Source of the DNA: Dimorphilus gyrociliatus
Taxonomy: Eukaryota; Animalia; Annelida
Assembly: GCA_904063045.1 (NCBI GenBank)
Contig: CAJFCJ010000006.1
Location: forward strand, 1,785,463 to 1,849,462
Direction: 5' to 3'
Length of the DNA: 64,000 bases
Below are positions 52,805 to 64,000 of this stretch, in pieces. Positions within the stretch are counted from its first letter, which is position 1. Each line of letters starts with the position of its first letter. The position numbers and the translations under genes are program-made. A model generated the notes under the pieces. The model had not been told where the DNA came from. It worked only from the letters and a program-made list of their open reading frames with translations, and searched no databases.

Positions 52805-54073
52805 CTAATAAAAGCTGAGTTTATAATGTGTGCCACAGGTTTTCAAATGGCTAAGAGTTCTTATCAATGCTCTTGTCATGGAGCATGAATCGTATTCAAT
52901 ATCGTATTTTTCGCAGACCTTTCTCACGTATTTAGATGCCTCTCTCAAGTGACGTCTTCCCAAAAGAGGGTAGAGATGATGTTCAATATGATAGTTTAAT
53001 CCACCATAATACCAATCCAACCAAGTTGGACTATCAATATTCATATTAGATCCTATTTGAAATCTATACCATGAATCTTTATGAAACTCACTAACTTCAT
53101 TGAATTCTTTGCAATAGTGAGACAATATTAATTGAAAGTGGAATACACCTTCAACGCTAGCTGCAATACAATAGAAAAAAATTCTTTCCTTCCAGTTAGG
53201 CAAAAGGGACAACATTAGTATCATCCAACACCAATGTCCGACTATAGCAATCCATTCATACCATCTTCTCTCAACACGGTAACTATCAAATATAATTTCT
53301 GCTCTACCGATAAAGGTAACCATAGGGATAAAAGTAAAATGTTGAATTTTAACCAAACACCATTGAAGGAGACCACCAAACAGTGGATATAGCTTTTCAT
53401 TTTGAGCCCACACGCTCTCCCACATTTGGGGATCAGCAAATCGGCGTTCAGAGTCGACAGTGTTGGTCATCATGTGATGAACAATGTGTTCATCTCTCCA
53501 CCAATGAGCCGAAAAGCCAAAATTAAATGTTCCTAGGATTAATCCAGCAAAACGATCTCTAAATCCGTTTCGAAAGACGGTCGTATGCATGCATTCGTGC
53601 ATGAGAAAGCCAGTTTGTTGCCAAAAAAAAGCAAGTACAACTCCAGCCGCCATATGGGCATAAAAATTCTCACTCAGTAATAATGTCCCCCATACAATTG
53701 TCCACAGAGAATAAACAAAGAGTAGCTTACCAGCATAGAACGTCCACGATGTTTCAAACCAACCTTTTGATTTAAAAAGATTAAGTAGTTCTACGAATTC
53801 CTTATCGGCTGGGTGTCTCTCTTTCATTTGATAGGTTCCAACTGGACGCCATCTTTTCAAAACCCCTTTATGTCCATTAGACAGAAAGACGTCTGTGGCA
53901 TCCTTACCAACAAATTCTTCAATTATTGGTCCACCTGGATGTATCTTTATAAAGTTGGTCACATCGTACCAATTGCCATTCACGCCCACTAATTTCTTTC
54001 CCGATTTCAGCAGGTCGTCCGATTCAGTTACAAGTTGACTAGTATCTCTAGAGCGAAGTTCGGTCGGTGGCAT
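52805..54073 (-). CDS. Cytochrome b5-fusion (front-end or sphingolipid delta-8-like) fatty acid desaturase, intronless
   Basis: b5 domain WYDVTNFIKIHPGG; histidine boxes HECMH, HIVHH and HIEHH. ATG at 54073. Confidence 0.93.
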   Translation of the reverse strand: MPPTELRSRDTSQLVTESDDLLKSGKKLVGVNGNWYDVTNFIKIHPGGPIIEEFVGKDATDVFLSNGHKGVLKRWRPVGTYQMKERHPADKEFVELLNLFKSKGWFETSWTFYAGKLLFVYSLWTIVWGTLLLSENFYAHMAAGVVLAFFWQQTGFLMHECMHTTVFRNGFRDRFAGLILGTFNFGFSAHWWRDEHIVHHMMTNTVDSERRFADPQMWESVWAQNEKLYPLFGGLLQWCLVKIQHFTFIPMVTFIGRAEIIFDSYRVERRWYEWIAIVGHWCWMILMLSLLPNWKERIFFYCIAASVEGVFHFQLILSHYCKEFNEVSEFHKDSWYRFQIGSNMNIDSPTWLDWYYGGLNYHIEHHLYPLLGRRHLREASKYVRKVCEKYDIEYDSCSMTRALIRTLSHLKTCGTHYKLSFY

Positions 54074-55679
54074 AATATCAGTTTTCAATGTTCCTATAAA
54101 TAATATAAGTAAAGACTCTTGAAAAGTTTTTTCAACAACTAACGTCTAGTAATTTGATGATTCGAATAATGAACTGATCCACTTTTCTCTTACACTCCTT
54201 TATTCAATAATCAAGTTAGGCCTAAGCAAATATCGGAATACAAACACTCTCTAGCATATAACAACGACAGGAAAATAATACTAATATTTTAGAAAATATA
54301 ATTCAATGAAGATATAAATAAGACATTGATAATAATCATCTTTCATTTCTATCTTTGATAAGGATTAGCAAGTAATTACTATATGCTAGCTGAATAGAAA
54401 TAGTGATTAAAGCCTATACATTATCATTCGTGGTAAGCTTTTACGGTAAAAGAATCGATGTTTAAGGCTTAAAACAGGAAGACGATTATGACGAAACTAG
54501 ATATTTTTAGTATATATAAACTTCTCCTTAAAAAAGCAGAACACTTGGCTGGTTTAAAATATGTATATATATAATATACAGTCCCGCCAAAAAATTTATA
54601 GACATTTATAGAACCAAATTTAAAGATAAAATTCATTTAAAAAATAAATGTCTTATCCTTCATTCTAAACAAAAAAATATAATTAAGCAAGTCCTGTTAC
54701 TTAAATATTTCACGTTTTTCATTTCAAGAACAACCCTGCCATAGATTTTTTGGCGGGGACTGTATATATAAAGTATACATAAATTAGACGTACCTGATAT
54801 TAGTATTATTAAAAACTTATACCTGTTAAAATACGTATTTCTGTATGTAGTAAGTAAAGTGTTAAAGCTTCTACTTTCTATTGATCTGTAAGTTTTTTTT
54901 TTCGTCAGATTCATCAAATTGATTTTATACCGTACATTGTTCTAAAATCTATTGTATGCTATAGAACAAGAGAAAATGAATAGATGAAGAATTCTCATAC
55001 AAATTTATCTATATAAAACTTTACATAAGTGTTATACATGTAAATGAAATTTTTAAGTGTATTTTGTAAGACTTAATCGTATATATAATTTAGAAATACA
55101 AGGAAAATGTAAATTGACAGAATACATAGACAACTGGTGTTTTTAGTTCTATTCCTGCATAGATAAATTATATACAGAGAAAAATGATTTGTTTAGTTCT
55201 ATATTACTCTATTCTAAGGTTAAAAAAATGACAACGAATGTATATATACTCTGTATATGTTCAACTTACATTATGTCCTAGTAATTACCGTTCTTGAAAT
55301 CCTACACTTTACCCTTTTGACCTTGGTTATTTAAAAAAACAGAGAGCTAACAATTTCACGCTTCATGAATAATGAATCAATTTTCCTAGATAGTGTACTT
55401 TTGATTTATTAATGTATAAAATGTAATTATTAACATATTTTATATTATGATTTTTCCTGATTGTCTTCTATAAAAATGGTGATAATACGTTTAAATATTA
55501 TTTTATTTGACTGATGTTTTAATTTAGGTAACTATTTATAGAGTTATATTTAAAACGTTTGAAGTTTTCTTTTTGCTTTTAACGAAACAAGAAAGTCTAA
55601 TGTCTTATTTAAAAAATTAACAGATCTATCAACTTACATTTAAATTACTTTTATTAAAAAATATGAATATTGTATGCAG

Positions 55680-55717
<38 letters not shown>

Positions 55718-56954
55718 TCTAATAGACGCACTATATCGTCATATACTTTCTTACACCCTCTACTAAAAAACTTCCTTGCTGAATAATCTAAAAAGCTCGG
55801 TCATACCTATTCAAACAAATTGAACTTTTAATTTGATCAAATATACAGCAGAAGGTTTTTTATAGGCGAATGACCCGTAGCGAGGTTTATAAGAGAAAAC
55901 AAGCCCATTTTTGCCTGATATAGGGCTGTTGTAAACATCAGCCTATATATGTGAAATATACCACGTGGTTTCAGTACGAAATTAAATACCTCTGATTAGC
56001 ATATAGCAGCATATAATAGGGTAGAAATTTAAAAAAATGTGAAACTAATAAAAGAAGATTCAACTTAGTTGTAGAATATTATAATGTGAATTTTGTTCTG
56101 CTCTCTTCTTCAATAGTATATACATAAATTGCATATATTTGCATATATATATCTACAGTATATATAGATATATATATAAATGTATACATACATTATTTAA
56201 TTAGAACAAAGGCCTCTCATAATTGTTTATTGAATAATAAAAAATGAAAATCACGAAACTAAGATCAATCCTACGTAATTTTCATTTAATAATAGTTGAT
56301 TAGACACTCGTATAACCTGCTTACTATTACAAAAATCCTTTGATTCGAAATGCCGGTTAGAAGAAAGAAGGGCAGTTATTAGTGAACAATAAATAAATCC
56401 TAAGATAACTCCTTACAGTTTTTAACTCAAAGAAAGTACTATACAAAGTATAAAAAGTTAGTAACCTACCTCTGTATTTTTAATACTGTTACTATCTGCA
56501 AACTCCTTTGCAGAAAGACGATTAGAACGATGTCTGACAATCGGTGAGTTTAAGTATGAAAATCGATAGAGCCAAGAGTGGGGGTGTCAGCTGCAATGGA
56601 AATTTCAAAAATGGATGTTGGTATCCTAGCGACGAGAAAAGTTTGAAAGAAACACTCAGCCCACCACAGATCGTATGATACGAGGTGGCATGTTCCAAAA
56701 GCTAATCGCGTGGTTCATAAATGACTAACCAAAGAATACAATTGTTATTGTCAATCGTATGTTTGTACAAATATTTATCACTGCTCGGCTGTCTAGAATA
56801 TGACCGAGTAACATAGAAACAAATTCTACATGAATGTATAGCAGCGTCCACGAATTATATGCTTATTAAAATGTCTTGAACTTGCCACTGAATTGCTTAT
56901 TGAGCAAAAAATAATTTATTATAGATCTAGCTCACCCACTCCCTTTGCCTAAAA

Positions 56955-56966
56955 AGTGACGTCACT
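56955..56966. promoter_or_regulatory. Full CRE palindrome AGTGACGTCACT upstream of PIGB
   Basis: Exact 12-bp palindrome about 440 bp 5' of the PIGB ATG. Confidence 0.45.
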
Positions 56967-57406
56967 GTATGTATTTGATGTAGTATGAATGGTCAATGTT
57001 CTTCATTTCTTAGCGGTGTTGCTAAGTTTGTAGGCGTCGAGGGTATTCACTAGTATTTAGCTGTACCGCTTTTCCTGGAGTCGACAGATCAAAAATGAAG
57101 AATTATGTAGCTAACATCAGCTTGACAATTAATCGCACACTTTAAACATATAATATATCTCGGTGTAGATTATAATTCGAATGGAATATTTTGCCTACTC
57201 CAGTGGTAATGGTTGAACAACGTTGATCATATACGAATAACTCTAATTATCGCTCACAGAAGCATCGTATCAAGAAACCCGTCAATTTAATTGTGTTATT
57301 GTCAACAATCAATAAAGTGTTCGCAAAATTAATGTAAATTAATTATTCAAGTCATTTCTTGAGATTTGATTTAAAAGTATAAATATATTTAAATGTGTTC
57401 AATAGA

Positions 57407-59715
57407 ATGCCAAAGGAAAGCAAGAGCTCCGCAACTATTCGACGAAGGAAACGCAAAAGCGTCGGAATTCATACTCCAAGTGGTAAAAAAGATCAACCGG
57501 ATGAACCGTATGATTCCAATTTTGAGGACGTTGAGGTCAAAACAGAACCAATGACATCAGGGCCTCTAGCACTTCAACGTCTCTTCAAATCTGAATGGAC
57601 TCTATTTCTAGGCTTATTAGCTTTCAGGTAACTTATTTATAGTCTCATTCATAGATGAAATGTATTAAAAATCTTTTTCAGGTGTATAAACGCTTTAATG
57701 ATCCAAACTTTCTACGTGCCTGATGAATATTGGCAATCCCTAGAGGTGTCTCATAATATGGCTTTTGGGTAAGGCTAAGTGCAGTTATAAATTACTGAGA
57801 TATTTAAAGGATAGTAAATTTCAGCTACGGCTACTTAACCTGGGAGTGGAAAGCGGGCTTAAGAGGTTATTCTTATCCAACTCTCTTTGCTGCTTTATAC
57901 AAAATATTAGCAATTTTTAAGTTGGATTATAGAATATTTCTAGTAATTATATTAATAATTTACAACTTCCACATGTAATTGGAGATATTATAGAGATAAC
58001 AAAATTTCAGATTAAACTACCAAGAATTTTGCAAGCAATATTTGCAGCTCTATGTGATTTATATCTATATAAATTCTCAAGTAAAATAGCAAATCAAAAT
58101 GTTGCTAAATGGAGTTTGTTATGTCAGTTAACGTGTTGGTTTACTTTCTATTGTTATACCAGAACTCTGACAAATTCAATGGAAACTGTACTTTCGACTA
58201 TGGCTCTATTTTATTTCCCATGGCCTGGAAAACCTAAGTATGATATTCATTTACTTTTAAATTTGTATGATTTCTATATTTTTTTTTTAAAAAAAAAATT
58301 ACAAATCGTAGAGAAGTTTAATTAAAATTTTTTATCTTCATAAACAGAAAAGCGCACTGGAAGTATTTAACTTTAGTCGGAATGGCAATTGTTATTAGGC
58401 CAACAGCTGCTATTATGTGGGCTCCTTTGGTTCTATGGCACTTCTTTTTCAACAGATCAGTGGTATTTAGAATATTAAAGACTTTTGCGGAAAGAGTGTA
58501 ATTATCGTAATAAATTCTTTTAGTATAAATAATATAATTATATTTTGTGTTAACATAATAGATTTATCGTTTTGACTCTATCTTCAATAGTTGATAGGAT
58601 ATTTTATGGAAAATGGGAAAACGTCCAATATAACTTTTTGAAACAGAATGTGCTGAATAACATAGGTTTGATTGATCTATTCTTTTACTTATCAATGGTA
58701 ATCTAATGTATTCAAACTTAGGCTCCTTTTATGGTTCACATTCATGGCACTGGTATATTACTCAGGGTTTACCAGTTGTACTTGGGTCACAAACAATTGC
58801 CCTTGTTCTTGGTTTACGAAAATGCCAGGAAAGGATATGCATATTTCTAGTCGTATGGACAATCTTTATTCTCAGGTTAGAATATATATATATATATACT
58901 GTATATTAAAAATCATTCAACAATATTATAAATATTCAAACAGTTTACTGGATCACAAAGAATTCAGATTTCTTTTACCAATTGTACCTTTATCTATGCA
59001 CATATGCGCATCCTATTTGAATCAATTAACTGAAAATACATCAGAAAAGGATGATAATAAGAGCGTTAAATCAAAGTATTCAACAACGCAACTCATCGTA
59101 ATATTTCTAATTGTACGTATAATAATTTAATAATTATTAATTTTTCTTTCGTGTATCACGATGATTAAATTTCCTTTTTTAACATTTTTAAGGCAACGAA
59201 TCTACCAATAGCATTATACACTTGTTTACTACATCAAAGAGGAACCATCGACGTGATGAAGTTTATTAGCAATGATAATCAGAAAACTTTGAATGATACA
59301 AGAGTTCTCTTTTTAATGCCCTGTCACTCGACACCATATTATAGGTATACAAGATTAGTTTTAAATTTTCTATTAAGCTATTATCTATAAATTACAATTA
59401 CCTACTATTTTCAGTTATATGCACAGGAATATATCTATGAGATTTCTAACATGCGAACCGAATTTAACTGGAATTTCTAATTATACCGACGAAGCTGAGA
59501 TTTTCTATCAAAATCCTATTTCTTGGATTTCGGAAAATCTTAACACAACTGAAAATGAGCATATGCCTACGCATTTGATAATGTTCTCAACATTGGAAAG
59601 AGTCATATTCAATAGTATATCACAGTTAAGTTTTAAAAAATGCGCCAAATTCTTTCATAGTCATTTTGCTGAAGGAAGAGTTGGTAAATATGTTGTTGTC
59701 TACTGCAAAAATTAG
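57407..59715 (+). CDS. PIGB: GPI mannosyltransferase 3
   Basis: [67 protein letters not shown] and MRFLTCEPN. Confidence 0.96.
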
Positions 59716-60335
59716 GAAGAAAAACACCAAATTTTTATTTCTTTTCCTGCATTCCAGTTGAGGAAACAAACACACGAGTGTTAATTTGTTTTCTGTTTTG
59801 TTTTTCTCTTTAGCCATTGTTTAAACGCTTTTTGGCGCTACTTTTTTCCGATTATTGCAATACTAATTACCGTTACAAATGGAATTAAAGGAAAATCAAT
59901 TATTCTCAAAGATAAGATACGTGATGTTGTCAAAACTATGCATCTAATTTAAACTTTTGTTGTTTTATTTCTGTCTGAATGAAATAAACGATAAAAACAA
60001 GAAAAACTATAAAATCTAGACGAGTAGATTATAGGATTTAGAATTAAAATTCGACTGATCGAATAAGTCAAGGTTATTGATGCTGCATTTAAGTTACTTT
60101 TATATTTTGCCAATTAACCGAAAAACTCATACCTTTCAGAAGTAATACATAGGAAAATTATTAAACGATAGATCGCTCTCTGCTATTAGATATTATATTA
60201 TATATTTTTGTATTGATTTCTAGAAATCTAATGATTATTTAAAGATTCAAGCATAAAGAATAGAAATAAGTATCAAAACATTTAAAGAGTCCTTCATATT
60301 TGTTTTGATATGTTTGTTCTTTCATTTCATAATAT

Positions 60336-63300
60336 TCAAGCTTTTTCAGTCCAGGCGTCCGTAATTCTTGGTGTAAGTCTAGCTGCTATATCTTGTCGAG
60401 ATAGTGGCCTATCAGTCGAACTTGTTTTTGTGCTCACTGTGGTGGTTTGTCTGGAGTATTCGGGAGAAATACTTTCCGGTACAAGTTTAGTGGCAGAGTG
60501 AAATCCTGTTTTAAATAATTTAAAAATAGATTGTATAAAATTTTAATACGATTGAAACTATAGTAAACTAAACACTTACTCTTTGATACTTTGCTCATTT
60601 TTATAATTACAATAACTGCAATAATTAGCACAGCGAGTGCAAAAACGCTAAGCAAAACTGGCAGCAAAACATACAATTTCCAGTTGAACTCTTCGCTTCC
60701 ATCCAAACCTTCGTAAGCAGATCCATCTACGTACATATATCTTTCACATTTCAATATTCGAGATTCAAAGTACAAATGGCAACCATCTTCAACGTAGTCA
60801 GCTATTTTTGATAATGAATTTTTAACATCATCTTCAGTTCCTGTCATGTGGAATGAGGCTATGATACTTCCATTCTTGAAATTCATTTTTCCAATCTTTA
60901 CAACCTTTGTCTTTGTCCACAAATCGTTGTACAAAGCTGTTTCAAAGAATGGGAATTTCGGTTCATACTCTTGAAAGTCCTCGTCAAATTTTAACTTAAT
61001 GGTTTTATTTGCTGGTCCAGTTGGTTCAATGTAATCTTTTGGCATCACATTGATAACTGTATAGTTCTCTGCTATGTAATCAGCGTGATTTGAGATCATA
61101 AGAAGTTTAAGTAAATGTCTTCCTGGTTTTTCAAAACTCAATTCCCTATTAACGTAACCGATATGTGTCAAAAAGGTTTCGTTGTGTTCGGGTAGAATAG
61201 ATGGGTTTTTAATTATTGAATGACTCTTAACATGGCACTTCCATGAGATTCCTCTCCATGAAATATCACTAATAACCTCATTTGTAATAGCATCGGTAAG
61301 GAAAAGTTTCATTTTAAGTGGTTCGCCTACTACAACTGTTTGAGGATGTGTATGGCCAACAGTCAATGGTCGTGGTTTAACTGTTAAACCTCCAGTTTGA
61401 ACTGTTGCCTTGAAATTTGTTGGATCATAGACGCTGAATAAGATTTGATAATTAGAACCTGAATGAGAAATTCCCAAATCGCTAAAATTGGCCCAGCCAC
61501 TGTGAACATTAACAATAGTTGAACCAATTAACTTAGCTCTGGAATCAGAACCGGCATTTTGTTTCAAGACGGCTTTAACCTTCCAATAACCGCCAGATGA
61601 AGATTGAAGACCCAATGCAGGTCTATTTAATGCATCTTCTATCCTTATTGCAGGTTGAGTTGTAAATTTCGTACCTTCGTGTCTGACAGTTGGAGTCACT
61701 GCTAGTACAAGTTTGTTGGCCGTTTGTATCGTCTCAGATACAGTGTTACCATTGGACATTTTTGTAATATAGGATTCCCATTTAGGATCATCAGCAGGAG
61801 GCACAGCTTGATTAATGTAAATTGAGGAAATATCAAGTTTCAAATCGTCAGATACTTGACCACTCTGAAGTCCAGATTTTAACTTATCAACAATACCTTT
61901 CAAATTATCGTATGTAAGTATTTGCGTTTTGGAATCTAGTTCATGATTTCCAATTTCAATAGTGGCTTCAACATTAGATGTTGAACGTTTGCGTCGTTTT
62001 CCTACAGCTTGAGTGTCGTCTGCGACAACATTCATAAGTTTTACTTGAGATGCATCCAATCCAAGGAAAATTCGCAAGTATTCTGCCACATTCTTTCCAT
62101 AGAATTCTTCAACCGTTATAGACTTTAGGCCTAATTTCAAAACAACAGAATCAGTCTTTAGTCTAAGTTCGACAGTTTTTCCTCCTCTTACGATCACGTA
62201 TATAGTTCTTTCTTTAACGTCAAAAAAGTTAGCCCCAGCTGAATCATCTAGACTTGGTAATTGAAGACCACTAGTTTTCTTGTAAATTACCCTATCGTTC
62301 TCTTGAGCTTCGTTCTTAGCTAGAATTATTTTATTATCTACATAAGCATGTACTGGCTGTTGTAAACCCCAATATATAGCTATTCGTACTGCTTGATTTC
62401 CATTTGCATTGGGTAAATGTAACCTCAATTTTTGTGGCGTTGTTGATGTAAAATGGACATCGTAGTGATGGGAAGTTGCCACAAGATTAAAAAAGAGAGA
62501 GATACGCTTCCTGCATGTATAACCATGGCATATACCAACGTCTCTTGGACCATTATTCAAATCTAAATATCCAGTGTCAGATCGTATGGCTACTGGTGAT
62601 AATCTTCGTTCTTCATAGTCAGGATCTAATGATTCTATAAGGAGTAGCTCGTAATCTAAGCCGAAACATTTATAGGCTGTCCAGTCTGTTACAAATGTAC
62701 ATTTGTCATTTCGTATAATGCCTTTGTGAGGGCGAACTTCATCAATATCTTTCCTCTGTCCATCTCTAGTTACTTGCATTGTTTTAGGAATTCTATAATC
62801 CCCTAACCCTCTTCTTGCATCGCCGTTCCATTCGAACTCGGATTCAGGTATGACAGCGCCTTGATCTCCTAAAATACTTCCATCCAAGTCTTTAAGAAGA
62901 GCTTTCTTCATACCATCACAATCCATATCTACACAATCGCCTCCATTGACATATTTCAAGTTTGGCCTATGCATATTAAAAAGAGCATTTTCTTGAACAT
63001 CAAATTTTGAAATATCTGATGCATGAATTGGATGAGCCATATCTGGAACCGAGGGATTGGTACTGAAAGCTTTGTCTACCGCCTTAGAGCAAGACGTCTT
63101 AAAATGGGCCAGTATAATATTTTGTACACGGAATATTCCGTATCCTGCAGGTTCCTTCTTAGCAAACTTATGCGGTTTCAATGGTGCTCCATTTGGCTTG
63201 GAAGAAAATAAAGGCCAACTAATACCAGTCCTACCCTATTTATGAAAAAATTAAAGCATTAAAATATCTATACTAAAAGTCTCTTTACTTACAAGTCCAT

Positions 63301-64000
63301 AACTTTTTGTAAACCAAGCTTCTCCTAGTATTGCAGCTTGAATACTCTTATCATTTGCAGACATCAAATCATTTTCACAATCAAATTGTGGATTTGTTCC
63401 AACTACTAAGGAGTTTGTAAATTTAGCATACTTTTGCTCAAATTCATGGTGAACAGCGGAAGGATAGATTATCATAGGGAAAATACCAACTGTATTGTCA
63501 ACTAAAATCATGTTATCGAATTCAACGCTACAAGGAACTTGAACGTAAATGCCAAAAAACCAAGCTTTTGAGATTTTAAATCCTTGAAATTTTGAGCAAC
63601 TCTCGGCCAATCTACAATCTTCAGGCATTAACCAGATACCATTTAGAACACCATGAGCCTCGTTATTTGAAATAAGGGATGTTTTACTAGAATCACACGA
63701 ATCTCCATCTAGTCTGTAGCCAACTCTTTCACTTCCAGCAACAACGTTATCTTTCAAAACAGTGTCTGTACCATTTTGGATTTCAATTGAAGCAAAGAAT
63801 TCATAGTTGCCAAGTTCTGCTCTGGATCCGTATGTACCAGGGAAAATATTCAGAGTGATCAAGTTATTTTCAATTTTATTTCCTTTGCCATTGGTCACGA
63901 TAGAGGTACCAACTGTACGGTGAACAACGTTATTCTTAACTTCCACTCCGTGAGTTCCGTAGATACAGACTGTTGAAGCATAACCGTGATGGAAAGCGTT
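60336..64000 (-). CDS. PKHD1L1: Fibrocystin-L/PKHD1L1-like giant membrane protein, 3' part (5' end outside window)
   Basis: Parallel beta-helix repeats (NNVVHRTVGTSI, VAGSERVGYRLDG); GRTGISWPLFSSKPNGAPLKPH; CVDMDCDGMKKALLKDLDGS; RLSPVA, CHGYTCRKRISLF; TM segment and short cytoplasmic tail ending ...AWTEKA*. Confidence 0.88.

Noticed and set aside
55858-55945. Two hairpins with an ANANNA spacer and a downstream ACA (H/ACA snoRNA-like); also TGTAAACATC (miR-30-like)
   Set aside because: Hairpins are too short with no clear pseudouridylation pockets, and the arms are too short for a pre-miRNA.
56500-57250. GC-richer stretch upstream of PIGB as a coding gene
   Set aside because: Only short frames (about 55 aa or less) without recognisable motifs; more likely promoter or UTR sequence.
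59810-59955. Open frame after PIGB (HCLNAFWRYFFPII...) as an alternative last exon
   Set aside because: No phase-compatible donor found, and PIGB already ends normally at 59715.

Overview
AT-rich, gene-dense animal genomic DNA with very short GT-AG introns (mostly 50-80 nt by eye). The gene set and compaction suggest a small-genomed invertebrate, possibly a lophotrochozoan such as the annelid Dimorphilus (inference only). I assembled 19 protein-coding genes by hand: a partial secreted or surface protein, a GLUT-type transporter, GNPTG, RBM17, COPG, a divergent pantothenate kinase, a TM-RING-H2 ligase, a GT32 glycosyltransferase, a myosuppressin-receptor-like GPCR, CDA, SUMF2, a degenerate B4GalT-like protein, ABI, MLX, FEN1, an Rdx-family selenoprotein, FRS2/3, an intronless cytochrome-b5 desaturase, PIGB, plus the 3' part of a PKHD1L1-like gene. 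The highlight is absent from the ORF track. It is a 3-exon MIEN1/SELENOW-like gene (46520-47233) with an in-frame TGA at the CxxU position, a well-formed type II SECIS in its 3' UTR and a polybasic CaaX tail. Other leads are a probable pseudo-glycosyltransferase, an H-for-Q intronless desaturase, recurring TA-C(A/T)G-TA motifs resembling Tc1/mariner excision footprints, and a dispersed 27-nt element. All coordinates and alignments were made by eye; no searches were run.
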